Position numbers and translations under genes: made by a program. From Podarcis muralis (taxonomy: Eukaryota): DNA of 64,000 nucleotides. Positions 61,501-64,000 of this stretch are shown here, piece by piece; the first letter of the stretch is position 1; every line of letters starts with the position of its first letter. The stretch is from positions 73,780,001 to 73,844,000 of the forward strand of contig NC_135659.1 of assembly GCF_964188315.1 (NCBI RefSeq). The letters are read 5' to 3'. Below the pieces are notes generated by a model. That model saw nothing but the letters and a program-made list of their open reading frames with translations, did no database searches and had not been told where the DNA came from.

Positions 61501-64000
61501 TTTGCTGTACGATTTCAGAGACATGAGTAAGCCCCAATTTAAATAATAGGAAGAAAAGTTTAGTTTGATAGGCCAAACTACATATAATGGAAACCTCAGT
61601 TCTATTGATGTTCTACATATAATGGAAACATTGGTTCTATTGACACAGTAAGCGGCCATGTTTACTGTGAGGACACACAGTAGGATAACTAAATTTAAAC
61701 ATGTGGTTTTGTTATATCCATACATCTTTATTTCAAAATATACAATTGGTGATGCCTTTTAATAATCCAACGGAGTTCAAAGTTCCTACCTCAAAAAACC
61801 TTTTCTGTATTGATTTGTTTGATGCAGAACCGTTGAGTTTTCCAGAAGATTCTGGAACACATTCTAGGGCCCACAATGGATGCCAGAGAAGCCTGTTGGG
61901 CCAGTCAACCTATGCAAACTAAGAGTAAATTCTAGACTATATCCAGTAATCCCCACCTGTAGTTAAACATTGCAGAGAAAGTTTGGTAACCTTGTCACAG
62001 AGCTCATAAGAAGCCTTCTGAAAAGAACAATCTTTATTTGACCATAATGTCACATAAACCATGACAACTGCTCTGTATGGTCATTTGTTTCATGCCCCCC
62101 CCCCTTTAGAAACAAAATCATGTTAATTTGCAGCCAGATGCACTAAATGGAAAAATGTAGTGTCCCCTTTCACTCTTATTTTCTGGCAGTTCCTAAATTC
62201 TTACAGAAGGGTGAATCTTACGTACTGTGGACAACCAGCCAATATCCAATTGCTGATTTCAGCACTAATTTGTAGGACACAAAAAAGCTAGAACAGGTGG
62301 CTAGGGATACCATTCTTTTGATTACTTAAAGCGTAATACCCATTCATTCCAGGACAGATCCAAGAGAAGTGGATTGTGCTCATTTCAGCTCATGCATAGC
62401 TCAAGAGCAAATTGATAGAATACAAAGTAAAGCCACAGCAATAAAACACACACACAGCCCTTTCCCATTTGTTGGAATAATTGGCTGGTTTTTGCTAGTG
62501 ACATGATGCATGCTTCCATCTTGTTTTTCAGTCCTCTTCTTTCCTTTGTTTTTAAGAGAAGGTGATTTATTTTATTTTATTTTATTTTAGTTCTCACTTT
62601 ACATTATCCAGGTCTCCATTTTGAACTGAATTTTATCCTCAAAATTGGTCATGGTCATGATATATATATTTTAAAAATACTATCCACATAATTTTTCGTA
62701 TCGCCCCTTTTACTATTTTTAAAGTGACATCTCACTGAAACTAAGAAATAAATCTTAATGTAAATAATAGACTAGAGATGGGAAATGGGGCGCATTGGAC
62801 ATTGTTGGACAACAACACCCATCATCCCTAGCCACTGGTCATGCTGATTGCAGGATGGTGGGAATTAGAGTTCAAAAATATCTGGTTCCTTATCCTTGTA
62901 ACAGTCTAAGGTGGATTGCACATGGCAAATCTCCAGCTACTAATTTTGCAGGGAAATCTTACACACCTGATTGAAACGGTTATGCTAGAGGAACGTGCCC
63001 AGAGTGTCCATAGTGTTGACATTATAGCACCTTTTGTGATATGCGATTATCATCACAATTGCTGTACCATGTGTAAACATGTAGCTGCATATAACATGCT
63101 TTTGGATAAAGCATTCAGAGATTCAGAACCACCATTGCCATTAAAAACAAAAGCCCTAACCCAGCTCCCTTGTTAGCTTTGTGTCCTGTATGGTGAGGAC
63201 ACCTATGGCCTCCGAGATGCTGTTAGACTCCAACTCTCATTATATCTATTCAATGGCCATGTTCTCTGAGGCTGGTGGGAGTTGGGAACCCAACAGTTGC
63301 AGAGCCACAAGTTTCCTATCCTTGCTGTATGGACATCCACATCAAAACACATTTTCATACTTCGTCTCTGATCTGGAACTAACAGTACGCACTTCTGACA
63401 CTGCATATGTCTTTGACAGTGTTGGGGATGCACACTTCCATCTTGAAGTGCAAGGAAACAAACTTCCTTAGCAATATACTGCATTTCTGATGCCAGTTGG
63501 AATGGATGTTTCAGATTCATAATGTTAACGGGGGTAGGGTGGATCCCTGACCTGGAGGCAAGGCCAAAGAAAGGTGGAGAAGGTACCCAGAGGACTCAAA
63601 AGGGTATTCTAGTCTAGGCCCTTTTCCTGAATTTACTAGGGAAATGGCACTACTTTCCACATTTGGATTGTGGCTCCAGGTCTCCCAACTGCATTTTAAC
63701 TCCTTCCTCAGTTGTTCTTCCTTATGATGAAAATATAGTTTATTCTCCTAACAACCACATTCCTAGTCTTTTCCTATTATAGCCTAATTTGAACTGTCAA
63801 GTAGCATTTGAGTGGTACGATATTTCCTTATAATCAGCCCTGCTTTCTACTCATATTGCTTCACTTCTGCATTATACATCTTCACACTGTATTTATTATA
63901 GATTTGTGCATCTGTCTTTCATACGCCCCTCGCCCACTTTCACATGATTTGGCTTCACTATTCTCTAAGGAACATATACATCAAAGAAAAGACACAAATT

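Noticed and set aside
56000-64000. Last exon or 3' UTR of NCOA6 on the minus strand; minus-strand AATAAA at about 62036
   Set aside because: No NCOA6-like coding sequence was recognised, and a lone poly(A) hexamer is not sufficient evidence.
1-64000. CRISPR arrays, rRNA, functional tRNA, or endogenous viral genes
   Set aside because: None seen. The sequence is eukaryotic, and no long ORF showed viral polymerase, capsid or integrase motifs.

Overview
Vertebrate genomic DNA, most likely from a lacertid lizard (inferred from Sauria/Squam-type SINEs, CAGTGGTACC-ended mariner-type MITEs, and BovB, CR1 and L2 relics). One protein-coding gene is supported: TP53INP2 (DOR) on the + strand. It has three coding exons (41541-41664, 51629-51974, 53324-53573; 720 nt, 239 aa), a CpG-island promoter region at about 23.9-26.5 kb, a probable non-coding first exon ending at 24721, and probably a long 3' UTR. 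No exons of the usual vertebrate neighbours PIGU or NCOA6 could be recognised. The rest is dense in SINEs, LINE fragments, MITEs and a rearranged Tc1 relic. Nearly all other ORFs in the supplied track are spurious. I found no convincing wholly new biological system. The best second-look items are: a 317-nt AG-free zone with a distant branch point before coding exon 2; a 31-bp intronic hairpin whose six deviations are all G-U compatible on the sense strand; a Tc1 relic with an internal inversion; and candidate 5' UTR cassette exons that would form a spliced uORF. All coordinates were read by eye and repeat boundaries are approximate.
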